A DNA stretch of 35,109 bases from a virus (lineage: Duplodnaviria; Caudoviricetes), in the IMG/VR virus record IMGVR_UViG_3300020045_002874, positions 1 to 35,109 of that record; one strand, written 5' to 3'. This document shows positions 1 to 9,562 of this stretch, one piece after another. Within the stretch, counting starts at the first letter, position 1, and every line of letters begins with the position of its first letter. The position numbers were made by a program, and so were the translations under genes. Below the pieces are notes generated by a model. The model was not told where the DNA came from. It ran no database searches and saw nothing but the letters and a program-made list of their open reading frames with translations.

Positions 1-735
1 TCAAAGATGACCCCTCAAGAACGAGGCGAAGTCTACTTCGGAAATGACTATCAATCTGAGCAAGAAGACTTGTTGACGATGGTTGTTTGCTATAAGAAGA
101 AAGCCGGCAACATTACAAAATACACACTTATTGAATACATCATTGCCGATTATCAAGGGGAGACCGTTACATCTCGTAAGGTTGACCAAGCGACGGGTGA
201 GCCAATCTTCACAGAGCGGACCATTCCATCCAATTTAGATGATGTTGATTATTCATTCTATGTAAATCTTGAAAAACGCACATCGTACTCGATTGAACGA
301 GAGAAAGAAATGCTCCTTGAGTTGTATCAAATGCAACATCAATACAAAGATAAAGTTAAGTTGATTAATCAACTCGACATCTTGGGTGCTTATGACTTAT
401 CGAATAAAGAGGTTCTTGTCGAACGCTTTAAAGAGTTAAGTAAACGCTCAGATGAAGAACGCAGTCAATTGATAACTCAAATCGTAATGATGGCTCAACA
501 GGTAGGCGTTTCGCAGGAGGTGGTCCAACAATCTATTCAAGAATTATTAGGAGACACTGAGATGACACCAATCACTGACCAATTGATTCAAGAAATGAAA
601 CAAATGGCGGCTCAACAAGCGGCTCAACGCCAACAACAAATGCAACAATTCACCGATGAGATGAGTCAAGCAGGCGTTCCAGCAGCCCAACTCCAAGCAG
701 CACAAGCACAAATGGAAGGTCAAGTTCCACAATAA
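1..735 (+). CDS. Portal protein, C-terminal part (5'-truncated by window edge)
   Basis: Frame is open from the window start. It lies directly upstream of scaffold and capsid genes and has a Gln/Ala/Met-rich helical tail typical of P22-like portals. Confidence 0.65.
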   Translation, partial: SKMTPQERGEVYFGNDYQSEQEDLLTMVVCYKKKAGNITKYTLIEYIIADYQGETVTSRKVDQATGEPIFTERTIPSNLDDVDYSFYVNLEKRTSYSIEREKEMLLELYQMQHQYKDKVKLINQLDILGAYDLSNKEVLVERFKELSKRSDEERSQLITQIVMMAQQVGVSQEVVQQSIQELLGDTEMTPITDQLIQEMKQMAAQQAAQRQQQMQQFTDEMSQAGVPAAQLQAAQAQMEGQVPQ

Positions 736-757
736 GAGGCGTAAAAGCCTCTTTTTT
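734..757 (+). terminator. Rho-independent terminator
   Basis: AAGAGGC-gtaaaa-GCCTCTT hairpin followed by a T run, directly after the portal stop. Confidence 0.8.
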
Positions 758-788
758 AATAAAAATAACACAAAATTCACAAAATCTA

Positions 789-818
789 TTGACAAACCTA
801 CTATAAGTAGTATAGTAT
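789..818 (+). promoter_or_regulatory. SigmaA/sigma70-type promoter for the scaffold-capsid operon
   Basis: TTGACA at 789-794, with TATAGT at 811-816 (16-nt spacer) or TAGTAT at 813-818 (18-nt spacer); AT-rich upstream. Confidence 0.65.
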
Positions 819-914
819 AGTATTGGTGAATAACCCTGTCTGGGCAGAAACCCACGAGTAAGAGAACAACTTGACTGGACAAGTATAAAAATCCTTGGAA
901 AGAGGGGTGTTGTA

Positions 915-1733
915 ATGGAAAAAGATTTTACAAGCATTGCTGAGATGGACCAATTTTTTGAAGCAAACAAGGTTGAGGTGAAGGAAGAAACGCCACCAGA
1001 GGTAGAAGTACCTGAAGTGGAGGTCGTTGAAGAAATCCCTGAATTAGATGCAACTGATGAGGAATCCACTCAAGCGGACGAAGCAACCGAAGACGAGGAA
1101 GATGAAGTCGAAGAGGAAGTTAGTCCAAAAACAAAGCCAACCAAAGAAGACAAGCGTGACTTTGCATTTAGCAAATTGCGTAAGGAATCTGCGGAGGCAA
1201 AGAAAGCATTTGAGGAGCAAAATGCTCTCGTTCAACGCTTAATGAAGGAAGCCGGGTATAAAGACTATGACAAGTTCAAGGAAGCCCTTGACAAACAATT
1301 CTCTGAGAAAGAGATGAAGGAAAAAGGCTACACCAAGGACCAATACAATGAAGTCGAAGTGCTAAAACAGCAAAATAAAGAACTCGAAGCCAAACTTGAA
1401 CAGACCTCGAAGAGAGAACTAACCACTAAAGCCCAAAACTTTGACAAAATGGTTAGAACCTACGCAGGTCAATACAAAGTGAGTGCTAAGGATATTTATG
1501 AAAGCCTAGATGAATCTGGGTTCACTGCTGAATTACTACTTAACTTACCTAATCCAGAAGTTCTTATTCGTGGTGTAATGGCTGACAAGGTTAAACCTGT
1601 CGAAAAACCCATCAAGAAAGCAGTTGATACAGAGAAACTACCCTCCGGAAGTGCTGGTAAGAGCGAAGTCAATTTTGATGATTTGCTCAAGGCTGATTTA
1701 GAAGCCTATAAAGCCCGAAAGGGTAACGCATAA
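915..1733 (+). CDS. Capsid scaffolding protein
   Basis: Highly acidic N-terminus, coiled-coil core, position between portal and major capsid; SD AGAGGGGTG. Confidence 0.75.
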   Translation: MEKDFTSIAEMDQFFEANKVEVKEETPPEVEVPEVEVVEEIPELDATDEESTQADEATEDEEDEVEEEVSPKTKPTKEDKRDFAFSKLRKESAEAKKAFEEQNALVQRLMKEAGYKDYDKFKEALDKQFSEKEMKEKGYTKDQYNEVEVLKQQNKELEAKLEQTSKRELTTKAQNFDKMVRTYAGQYKVSAKDIYESLDESGFTAELLLNLPNPEVLIRGVMADKVKPVEKPIKKAVDTEKLPSGSAGKSEVNFDDLLKADLEAYKARKGNA

Positions 1734-1753
1734 ATAAAGGAGCGTGAACACAC

Positions 1754-2770
1754 ATGTCAATTAACACATTAGCAGTTGCTCAACAAAACGGTCTATCCGT
1801 TACCGAATACTGGCAGAAACGCCTACTCGGAATTATCGCTATTGAGCGTAGCGAATTTGTATTTCAAACATTAGGGGTCCAAAAAGACATTCCAATGAAC
1901 CAAGGTACTAAAACCTTCACGATGAGACGCTACAATCGTCTACCTGTAAATCTTACCAACCAACTCTTGGCTGAAGGTGTTCCACCTACTGCATTAACAG
2001 TTGAAGGTCAAAAGATTTCAGGAACTGTTTCCCAATATGGGGCTATCATCAAAGTTACCGATGTTACTGAAGATATTCACTTCGACAACATCAAATCCGT
2101 CTATCAACCTGAATTGGCTCGTCATGCCTTAGAAGTCATCGAACGCACTATCTTGGCTGCTTTCTCGGAAGCATCTGAATACTTCGTTGGAAACCACACT
2201 GACAAAGCAGACTTAGCAGATACCGACATCTTAACCTTCGTAGACCTCCGTCGTGTTGCGTTGAAGATGAAGATTAACCTCCGTAAAGGTCATTCCTCAA
2301 CTGGTACTCCAATTGTTGTAGTTCGTCCAGAAGTCATGCAAGATTTACTTGATGACGATGCTCTACAAAACAAGATGTTGGCTACTGGCATGGAAAACAC
2401 CCCAATTAAAAACGGTAGTTTGAAATCCTACAAAGTCTACGACTTGTTTATCCAAGAAACCTTAGTTGGCGAAGTTGAAGTTATGCCTGCTGTTGGTGAA
2501 GTGCCTGCATTCCCTGTTTATAGTTCGTATGTACTTGGTTTTGAACCTTACATCGTCTTAAAACTCGGTGGATTATCTTGGCATGATGTTCCATTCAAAG
2601 CCACTGCTGGTAATGAATTGGCTCAAATTGCTTCCGTAGGTTACAAGATGCACACTGGTGCTAAGGTCATTGACCCACTAGCGATTACGATTGTATACAG
2701 CCGTTCCAACTATGCAACGGAAGACTTAACAGCAACCGATGTCTGGGCTAAACCAGCATCACAAGCTTAA
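1754..2770 (+). CDS. Major capsid protein, N4-gp56-like family
   Basis: 338 aa with motifs IPMNQGTKTFTMRRY, LAEGVPP and VSQYGAIIKVTD characteristic of this capsid family; SD AAAGGAGCGTGA. Confidence 0.85.
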   Translation: MSINTLAVAQQNGLSVTEYWQKRLLGIIAIERSEFVFQTLGVQKDIPMNQGTKTFTMRRYNRLPVNLTNQLLAEGVPPTALTVEGQKISGTVSQYGAIIKVTDVTEDIHFDNIKSVYQPELARHALEVIERTILAAFSEASEYFVGNHTDKADLADTDILTFVDLRRVALKMKINLRKGHSSTGTPIVVVRPEVMQDLLDDDALQNKMLATGMENTPIKNGSLKSYKVYDLFIQETLVGEVEVMPAVGEVPAFPVYSSYVLGFEPYIVLKLGGLSWHDVPFKATAGNELAQIASVGYKMHTGAKVIDPLAITIVYSRSNYATEDLTATDVWAKPASQA

Positions 2771-2796
2771 TTAACTCATGAAAGGAGTGTGTAATT

Positions 2797-3207
2797 ATGG
2801 GAAAGAAACTAAATGAATCCTCTGTCGATATTTCTGAAGTCATTGCGGATAGTGTGGAGGTTACTTCGAAAGAGGTAGCCCCCGCATCCGTGCAAAACAC
2901 AACGATTGTACAAACAATCAATCCGGGGTTAGCAAAACAACAGGCTGACAATGAGCGTATTAAAAAACTTAATAACGACTTTATCAAGCAACTTAAGAAA
3001 GAAACCAAGATTGCCTTCAAACCACCAAAACACTATGCGGACGCTTTGAGCCCAATCTACATCTTCTCGCTTAATAATCATGATGTCGTTGTACGATTCG
3101 ACGGAACGACTCAGTACTTCCCAGAAACGGTTTACAAGTTCTTAATGAACAAACTAGCCCGAATCTTGGATGGAAATGTATCACAGAACGAAATCAAAGA
3201 ATTGTAA
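2797..3207 (+). CDS. Hypothetical head-associated protein
   Basis: SD AAAGGAG; co-transcribed with the capsid gene before the terminator. Confidence 0.6.
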   Translation: MGKKLNESSVDISEVIADSVEVTSKEVAPASVQNTTIVQTINPGLAKQQADNERIKKLNNDFIKQLKKETKIAFKPPKHYADALSPIYIFSLNNHDVVVRFDGTTQYFPETVYKFLMNKLARILDGNVSQNEIKEL

Positions 3208-3233
3208 GAGGACTAAAAATCCTCTTTTCTTTT
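3206..3233 (+). terminator. Rho-independent terminator
   Basis: AAGAGGA-ctaaaaa-TCCTCTT followed by TTCTTTT. Confidence 0.75.
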
Positions 3234-3244
3234 GGTCTAATCCA

Positions 3245-3253
3245 TGCTATAAT
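3245..3253 (+). promoter_or_regulatory. Extended -10 promoter for the tail operon
   Basis: TGcTATAAT immediately after the terminator and upstream of SD GAGGTGA. Confidence 0.6.
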
Positions 3254-3275
3254 GATGAAGAAATGAGGTGATGTT

Positions 3276-3701
3276 ATGAAACTTAAAGACATTATGACTT
3301 GGTCAGACGGCTTCACAGATGAAGTGCAAACAGGACCGACTGCACTCGGGTATGCTAACAAGGTGATTGCGATGGTAAACACCAATTTTAATACGAAGTT
3401 GCCATTTATTACAGACATCAACGCTGACTATACTGCATTGGACGATAACTGGTTTGTTCGTTTTATGATGGCTGCTTTGAATTATGGGATTAAGATGAAT
3501 GATGGCTCGATGAGCGAAGCAATGGAATACAAGAGTGACCTAGAAGTTGCGATGTATGAGTTTGAAGGTACGGACAAGAGTGTTGTGATTCCTCTTGAAG
3601 CGAATCGTGGGGATGGTTTTGTTATCAACCAAATCGACACCTCCTATGCGATTGACCAAGGTTGGTTTGGGGCATCGTCTCCCGATTGGACAGGTTGGTA
3701 A
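3276..3701 (+). CDS. Putative head-tail adaptor (tail tubular A-like)
   Basis: Size and position between the capsid module and the 705-aa nozzle gene; SD GAGGTGA. Confidence 0.5.
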   Translation: MKLKDIMTWSDGFTDEVQTGPTALGYANKVIAMVNTNFNTKLPFITDINADYTALDDNWFVRFMMAALNYGIKMNDGSMSEAMEYKSDLEVAMYEFEGTDKSVVIPLEANRGDGFVINQIDTSYAIDQGWFGASSPDWTGW

Positions 3702-3704
3702 GAC

Positions 3705-5822
3705 ATGGCTCGCTATACACAAGTACGAGGTAATCCTGAACAAAAATTGATGGTGCTCAACACCGATTTTTCTGGCGGAGTAAACCTTATGTACTCTGAT
3801 GACTTATTAAAAGATAATGAGATGCGATACATGATGAACTACGAACTTGATAACACAGGTGAGTTGCGTTCTCGTAAAGGGTATAGTCAAGTAGATGCTT
3901 TGACCACGCTCTTGTATGAGGGTGTAACAACGATTGAAGACTTCCCGATTATCTCTCGTGTTGACTCGGCAATTAAGAACATCATCCTCTTTAGAGTCAT
4001 CCAAAGTGACAATAATGTATGGAAAGAATTAAGCGAATTTAAGACCTTGGCAGAGTATCAAACCTATCATGGAACCGATAACAACAAGATACGCCTTTTT
4101 ATCCTCGCTGAGTTACCAAATGGCACAGTTAAGTATTGGGTTAAGTCTTATACCATTGGGCTCGCTACGGTCACGAAAACAGGGGCTACGGGCATTTTAC
4201 CATTCGCATTCACTGGAAAAGACAATCTACTTAATGTAGCAACCGGTGAACAATATGGTAAAATCTTCTTTACCTCAAATGATAGTGGTTTAGTTGAGTT
4301 TGATACCGAAGCCAATACCTTCAAATATGTAGGAGACTTCACAGGACAAACCAATAGTGCTTATAAACCAAACGGAATTGAAGTTCGTAAGGTTGGATTT
4401 AATGTGTTGGGCGATGACCCACTAACTTGGATTGATAATTCTGGCTTAACGGTCGAGTCGATTCAAGGCGTTTACTTAACCACAACGGATAGGATTCCTT
4501 TATCTTCGATTCCTACGGGGATGACAATTCAAGTGAACATTATTCACACAGGCGACTTCCATGACTTTACTTTAATCTTCTCTGAATACGAGAGTCCAAT
4601 TGATGCTACGGTCACAAAGAACTTAACTCTGTCAACCACAGGTATTGCCGTCTACGATGTCGACTTCTTAACTAAACCAAGCACCGAGTTGCAAATTAAT
4701 ATTGCATTTACCGAACCTACGGTTTTCTTGGAAGACTACATTGACTTCTATGAAGTTGGTGCATACGACACCTCTTCTAAAACGGTTGAGACTTTGGACA
4801 TTGGTGGCTATAAGGTCATTCAAATGTATGACCGATTGGTGTATTACAAAGGAAATGAGATTTGGTTCAGTGACATTAACAACTTTGGATATGTTCCTAA
4901 CTTCAACTACTTGCTTTTGCAAATTGACCAAAGCGATGAGATTGTGAAAATTATCTTCTTTCGCACAAGTTACATGGTCTTCACCAAGAAGTCCATTTGG
5001 AAACTATCAGGACAATTTGAGCAAAGCACTCTAGCCCTATCCCTCGTCAATGACGATGTAGGTTGTATCTCGGCTAACTCGATTGTGCTTGTTGAGAATG
5101 TTTTATTCTTCATGAGTACTCGTGGATTAAGAGGCTTGAAGACGGATACATTTAGAGAAAATCTTGAGAATATGGTTGAGTTTGACCAAAAGATTTATCC
5201 AATCGTACCAACTAATAATAATAGTTATGGCTTTGTTTACAAAGACCAATACATCTTAATGGCAAACAATCGTGGACCTAAGAAGAGCGTAACCATTCGC
5301 AACCGTGCCTATGATGTCCCAGATGTGATTAAATACTACTATCGTACCGGTTCGTTCTCGTTTGAAGGATTTGAGGCAGACAACTACCCTCGATTCATTA
5401 TCTTTGAACAAGGTGAAATGTACTCCTTAATGGACAAGACAGTCACTAAGTTTGGACAAGGCTACGATGACTTTGGCAAATCATATAAAGCAATCTTTGA
5501 GACAGGCGGTGTATCTGTAGGTTATCCAATCCATGAAAAGAAGTTCAAACATGTAGCGTTCAAACTCGGTGGTGAAGCCGAAATTAACACGATTTATGTT
5601 GAGACCTTTGGAGACGGGATTAAACACCAAGATGTTGCATTAACTTATGATGCAGAAAGCCCTGATGTTGAACTTGAGAGTGCTCGCTTTATGGTTAAGA
5701 AAGAACGCTTACCTGCTAAGTGTCGAAACCTAGCCGTACGAGTTACCATCTATGATGCGTTTAACACAACGATTCAATCAATTGGCTATCTCTTCAAACT
5801 TGGAAAGGTGCGTGAAAACTAA
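3705..5822 (+). CDS. Putative tail nozzle/hub (tail tubular B / P22 gp10-like)
   Basis: N-terminal DFSGGVN...NYELDNTGELRSRKG, beta-propeller-like EIWFSD and VGCISANSIV motifs, podovirus synteny. Confidence 0.65.
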   Translation: MARYTQVRGNPEQKLMVLNTDFSGGVNLMYSDDLLKDNEMRYMMNYELDNTGELRSRKGYSQVDALTTLLYEGVTTIEDFPIISRVDSAIKNIILFRVIQSDNNVWKELSEFKTLAEYQTYHGTDNNKIRLFILAELPNGTVKYWVKSYTIGLATVTKTGATGILPFAFTGKDNLLNVATGEQYGKIFFTSNDSGLVEFDTEANTFKYVGDFTGQTNSAYKPNGIEVRKVGFNVLGDDPLTWIDNSGLTVESIQGVYLTTTDRIPLSSIPTGMTIQVNIIHTGDFHDFTLIFSEYESPIDATVTKNLTLSTTGIAVYDVDFLTKPSTELQINIAFTEPTVFLEDYIDFYEVGAYDTSSKTVETLDIGGYKVIQMYDRLVYYKGNEIWFSDINNFGYVPNFNYLLLQIDQSDEIVKIIFFRTSYMVFTKKSIWKLSGQFEQSTLALSLVNDDVGCISANSIVLVENVLFFMSTRGLRGLKTDTFRENLENMVEFDQKIYPIVPTNNNSYGFVYKDQYILMANNRGPKKSVTIRNRAYDVPDVIKYYYRTGSFSFEGFEADNYPRFIIFEQGEMYSLMDKTVTKFGQGYDDFGKSYKAIFETGGVSVGYPIHEKKFKHVAFKLGGEAEINTIYVETFGDGIKHQDVALTYDAESPDVELESARFMVKKERLPAKCRNLAVRVTIYDAFNTTIQSIGYLFKLGKVREN

Positions 5823-6919
5823 TGGCAATTGAAAAAACAATTAACCTTTCCCCAACTTCCGAGGAAAACACGGCATATCAAACAAGCGGGTCTGTGTCTA
5901 CTCGTGACTTCAAAATTTTAAGAAAGAAGGCTGACGGACTCTCCGCCAGTCTTTTGGTAGCACAACAAGAAATTGACTTACGAGTCTTGAGTTCGGATTA
6001 TAATGGGAACACCTTAGTGTCCTTGATTAACTTACAACCCGACACCATCAAGATTCAAGCCAAGAACTTAGTCTTGACGGGCTTAGTTACTTTTAACAAC
6101 CTTGCCAACGGTGGAGAAACAACCATCAATGGTAGCAACATCACAACCGGTGCTCTTAATGCGAATCTCATTACCGTAGGTACTTTATCTGCGGATAGAA
6201 TCTATGGAGGAACGATTAACGGAAGCGTTGTCAATGTTACAAACCTTAATGCAAGCAATATCAATGCAGGCTCCCTAAGTGTTGACCGATTAACGGTTGG
6301 TACGGTCTCTGGGTGGTATTTTGGTTCAAGTTCAATCTCTCGTAACGGTATTACTCTAGGTGCAGACTATATCTCACTTGGAAACCAAGGGACTTCAGGC
6401 TCTACGATTAACTTAGGTAGTGCTAAGATTTATAACTATTTTGGCTCTTCGGTTGGTGTATCGAGTAACTTCTATGCTCAAGGTTTAGTAACTTGTCAAG
6501 GAATCAACTCAAATGGTACAATCCGTTCAACCGATGATGCTGCTCACGCTCTAGGAACTTCAGGATTTAGATTTACAGAAGTTTGGGCGGTTGATGGTTC
6601 AATTAACACCTCTGACATGGAAGATAAAGTTGATATAATGTCGATTGATAAAGGTGTTGATTTAGTTCTAACAATGAAACCCGTTCAATTCAAATGGAAA
6701 GATAAGGTTCGTTTACACTATGGGTTCTTGGCTCAAGAGGTTAAAGAGTCGATGACTCAAGTAGGAATTGATGATGCAGGTGTGTATATCGACCCTGCAA
6801 TGTCTGGCGAAGAAGGTCACAAAGGTTTACGCTATACCGAACTTATTGCTCCAATGGTTCAAACCATTCAACACTTAAATGAAAGGATTACTTCTATTGA
6901 AAACGCACGAGCACTATAA
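5822..6919 (+). CDS. Tail fibre/spike with C-terminal intramolecular chaperone (Peptidase S74)
   Basis: ITTGALNANLITVGTLSADRI repeats; TSDxxxK, HYGFLAQEV and LRYTELIAPMVQTIQHL motifs of the S74 chaperone. Confidence 0.8.
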   Translation: MAIEKTINLSPTSEENTAYQTSGSVSTRDFKILRKKADGLSASLLVAQQEIDLRVLSSDYNGNTLVSLINLQPDTIKIQAKNLVLTGLVTFNNLANGGETTINGSNITTGALNANLITVGTLSADRIYGGTINGSVVNVTNLNASNINAGSLSVDRLTVGTVSGWYFGSSSISRNGITLGADYISLGNQGTSGSTINLGSAKIYNYFGSSVGVSSNFYAQGLVTCQGINSNGTIRSTDDAAHALGTSGFRFTEVWAVDGSINTSDMEDKVDIMSIDKGVDLVLTMKPVQFKWKDKVRLHYGFLAQEVKESMTQVGIDDAGVYIDPAMSGEEGHKGLRYTELIAPMVQTIQHLNERITSIENARAL

Positions 6920-7184
6920 ACAACTGTGGGTGGATAAACTCGGTGCTTGTGCCGTTACGATTGGGAGTCACATCTTCTATGACTTAGACAAGCCTTATGT
7001 TGAAGAACGCATACGCAAACACGAGCGAAAGCATGTGGAGCAATATAAAAAGTATGGACTTTTGGGCTTTCTTATGGTATACTTCTTTTGGTACATATTA
7101 GGAAGACTTAATGGTAAGAATCATTGGCAAGCCTATTATGCAAATCCCCTAGAAATCGAAGCAAAGAAAGCAGAAAAGGAGTGA
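6879..7184 (+). CDS. Small HExxH (zincin-like) protein with hydrophobic segment
   Basis: AVTIG...HERKHVEQY...NPLEIEA pattern; hydrophobic GLLGFLMVYFFWYILG. Confidence 0.6.
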   Translation: MKGLLLLKTHEHYKQLWVDKLGACAVTIGSHIFYDLDKPYVEERIRKHERKHVEQYKKYGLLGFLMVYFFWYILGRLNGKNHWQAYYANPLEIEAKKAEKE

Positions 7185-7188
7185 TAAT

Positions 7189-7329
7189 ATGGAAATTAGT
7201 GCAGAAAAATTGATGTCTGAATATGATGAAATGTTGGCTCAAGCAAATAGAACAATTGTGTTACTAAGAGCCGAAAACGCTATACTAAGAGAAGAACTCG
7301 CAAAGAAAGAGGGTGACACCAATGGCTAA
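7189..7329 (+). CDS. 46-aa coiled-coil protein (not in ORF track)
   Basis: SD AAAGGAGTGA; MEISAEKLMSEYDEMLAQANRTIVLLRAENAILREELAKKEGDTNG; fills the gap and overlaps the next start. Confidence 0.7.
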   Translation: MEISAEKLMSEYDEMLAQANRTIVLLRAENAILREELAKKEGDTNG

Positions 7330-9562
7330 AACAATCTTAATAACATGTCTTGACGGTTCACTCACCGCTAGCAAACAACAAGAGGGGGATAACTTATCCA
7401 CCCTTTTAACCGTAGACTTTACAGGATGTGGAGTAGACACTTGGGCTAAATGGGTTGACATTGTCGTTCCGGATGGAACAGGAGCCCCTATTCTTTTAGG
7501 TAGTTCAATTATTGCTACTTATGAAATACCCGACACTTGGACAAAACAAGGTCGTCTACAAGTTCAAGCCTATGCGATTGACGACACAGGCAAGAAAGCC
7601 TACTACGATGTTAAGCACATCGTTATCAATCGTTCATTACTTGTTGTCGATAACACATTAGGTTATGACCCAACGACGCTTGGAACGCTTCAAGATGCTA
7701 TCTCCACTATGGAAATTAAAGTGGACGAAATTTGGTCCGAGTATGAAGCTGGAGCGTTAGGTGGTGATTCTGCTTATGAAATCGCAGTACAAAATGGATT
7801 CGTTGGAACTGAAATACAATGGCTTGCTAGTTTAGAGGGCACAGACGGTACAAACGGAACGAATGGGACTAATGGTACGAACGGAACAAATGGCTTAGAT
7901 GGGGATAACGGTTTATCAGCCTTTGAAGTTGCTGTGGCTAATGGATTCATTGGAACAGAAGCTGAATGGTTAGTAAGTCTAATCGGAGCTAAAGGCGATG
8001 ATGGTGATAGTGCTTATCAAATCGCTGTGGCAGGTGGGTTCGTAGGAACTCAAGCTGAGTGGCTATTATCACTTAATGGTACAGACGGTATGGATGGAGC
8101 AGATGCAGTAGCAGGTAAATTACCAAGTCAGTATGCTGAATTGTCAGCTCCTGCTGGAGTAACCTCTGCTACTTTGATTGATGTACCAAGTATGGTCACA
8201 ACCATTCATTTAGATGAAGCTGTTGAAATTGCAGTATTCGCTTCGTTTGAAATGCAAACTATTTCTGGGGCAACAAGTTCTGTTATTGAAATAGCTGTAC
8301 AAATTGATGGAGTAGACCACGACCCACTCAAACGATTCTTATCTGGAAGTAATGACTTAGGGATTGGTGCTATTACACATCGTTCTGATGAACTTCCTGC
8401 TGGTGACTATGTCGTTAAATTAAGATTTAGACGAGTGTCTGGGACTTCAACTCCTGCATTAAACCACGCACATATGGTTGTTATGGCGATGCAAGGGGCT
8501 AAGGGAACGGATGGTCAAGGTGTTCCTACAGGGGGTGTCTTGGGTGATTTACTCATTAAACAAAGTGCGACCTATGCTGATGCTACGTGGCAGACTCCTC
8601 CATTTATTAAATCAGATGGTTCAAACTCTGCAATTGCTTTATTGACATTCGTAGGGGGTGGAGCATTACAATATAATACAATTCAAGATGGTTTAGAAGT
8701 TGTCAATCCTGATGGAACCACTTTAAGAGTGGGGGCTGAATCTTGGTTTGATGAGGGTAAGGCAACCGAAGCTATTCTCAATGGGGATAATGTGATGTTA
8801 GCAGGTTCTCAAGGTGACCACTACTTAGTTAAGAAAGCTGTATCCAGTGAATTGGCTACTAACCCTAATTTATATTTAGGTGTGGCTACGATGGACATTG
8901 CGATTAACCAATTTGGCAAGGTTACCAGCCTTGGTTTAATTCATGACTTAAATACATCAGCTTGGACAGTCGGTACGGAATTATGGTATAACCCAAGTAC
9001 GAATGGCTTCACCAGTGTACAACCACCAGTGACAGGTGCTCGCATCAATGTAGGTATGGTAGTTGTTCAACACGCTAGTGCAGGTATTATCTTAGTTAGA
9101 CCTAACATTATGAAAGGTTATACAATTGCTGAAATAAACACGCTACTTAGTGGTAAGGCTAATACCTCACATACACACGCTATCTCAGATGTGACTAATT
9201 TACAAACAACACTTGACGGCAAGGCTTCTAATACACATACTCACACTATATTTGATACTACTGGACTACAAACAGCTTTAGACGCTAAGGCAACTACAAC
9301 TACCTACACTGCCACACTTCCATACACTTCTTGGACAGGTTCTTCTGCACCGTTCTCAAAAGCAATTACCGTAAGTGGTATTCTTTCAACAGACATTCCT
9401 ATATTTGATGTAGAACTAAGTGGAACATACGCAACTGATATCACACGCAAAGATGAGTGGGCTAAAGTCTATGGCTGGGCAACTTCTGCAAACACAATTA
9501 CATTCTACGCAACAGAAGTACCAAGTGTTGACTTGCCTTTAAATATCAAGGTGGTTCGCTAA
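7322..9562 (+). CDS. Long tail fibre with collagen-like and fibre repeats
   Basis: G-X-Y run (GTNGTNGTN), three SA[YF]xxAVxxGFxGTxxxWLxSL repeats and two HTHxIxDxTxLQTxLDxKA repeats. ATG 7322 is preferred over GTG 7313 on SD spacing. Confidence 0.8.
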   Translation: MAKTILITCLDGSLTASKQQEGDNLSTLLTVDFTGCGVDTWAKWVDIVVPDGTGAPILLGSSIIATYEIPDTWTKQGRLQVQAYAIDDTGKKAYYDVKHIVINRSLLVVDNTLGYDPTTLGTLQDAISTMEIKVDEIWSEYEAGALGGDSAYEIAVQNGFVGTEIQWLASLEGTDGTNGTNGTNGTNGTNGLDGDNGLSAFEVAVANGFIGTEAEWLVSLIGAKGDDGDSAYQIAVAGGFVGTQAEWLLSLNGTDGMDGADAVAGKLPSQYAELSAPAGVTSATLIDVPSMVTTIHLDEAVEIAVFASFEMQTISGATSSVIEIAVQIDGVDHDPLKRFLSGSNDLGIGAITHRSDELPAGDYVVKLRFRRVSGTSTPALNHAHMVVMAMQGAKGTDGQGVPTGGVLGDLLIKQSATYADATWQTPPFIKSDGSNSAIALLTFVGGGALQYNTIQDGLEVVNPDGTTLRVGAESWFDEGKATEAILNGDNVMLAGSQGDHYLVKKAVSSELATNPNLYLGVATMDIAINQFGKVTSLGLIHDLNTSAWTVGTELWYNPSTNGFTSVQPPVTGARINVGMVVVQHASAGIILVRPNIMKGYTIAEINTLLSGKANTSHTHAISDVTNLQTTLDGKASNTHTHTIFDTTGLQTALDAKATTTTYTATLPYTSWTGSSAPFSKAITVSGILSTDIPIFDVELSGTYATDITRKDEWAKVYGWATSANTITFYATEVPSVDLPLNIKVVR
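7769..8100 (+). repeat. Intragenic repeats: three SAY/GFVGT/WL units interleaved with Gly-X-Y triplets
   Basis: Visible in the translation; the DNA is degenerate, e.g. GGTACAAAC/GGAACGAAT/GGGACTAAT. Confidence 0.8.
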
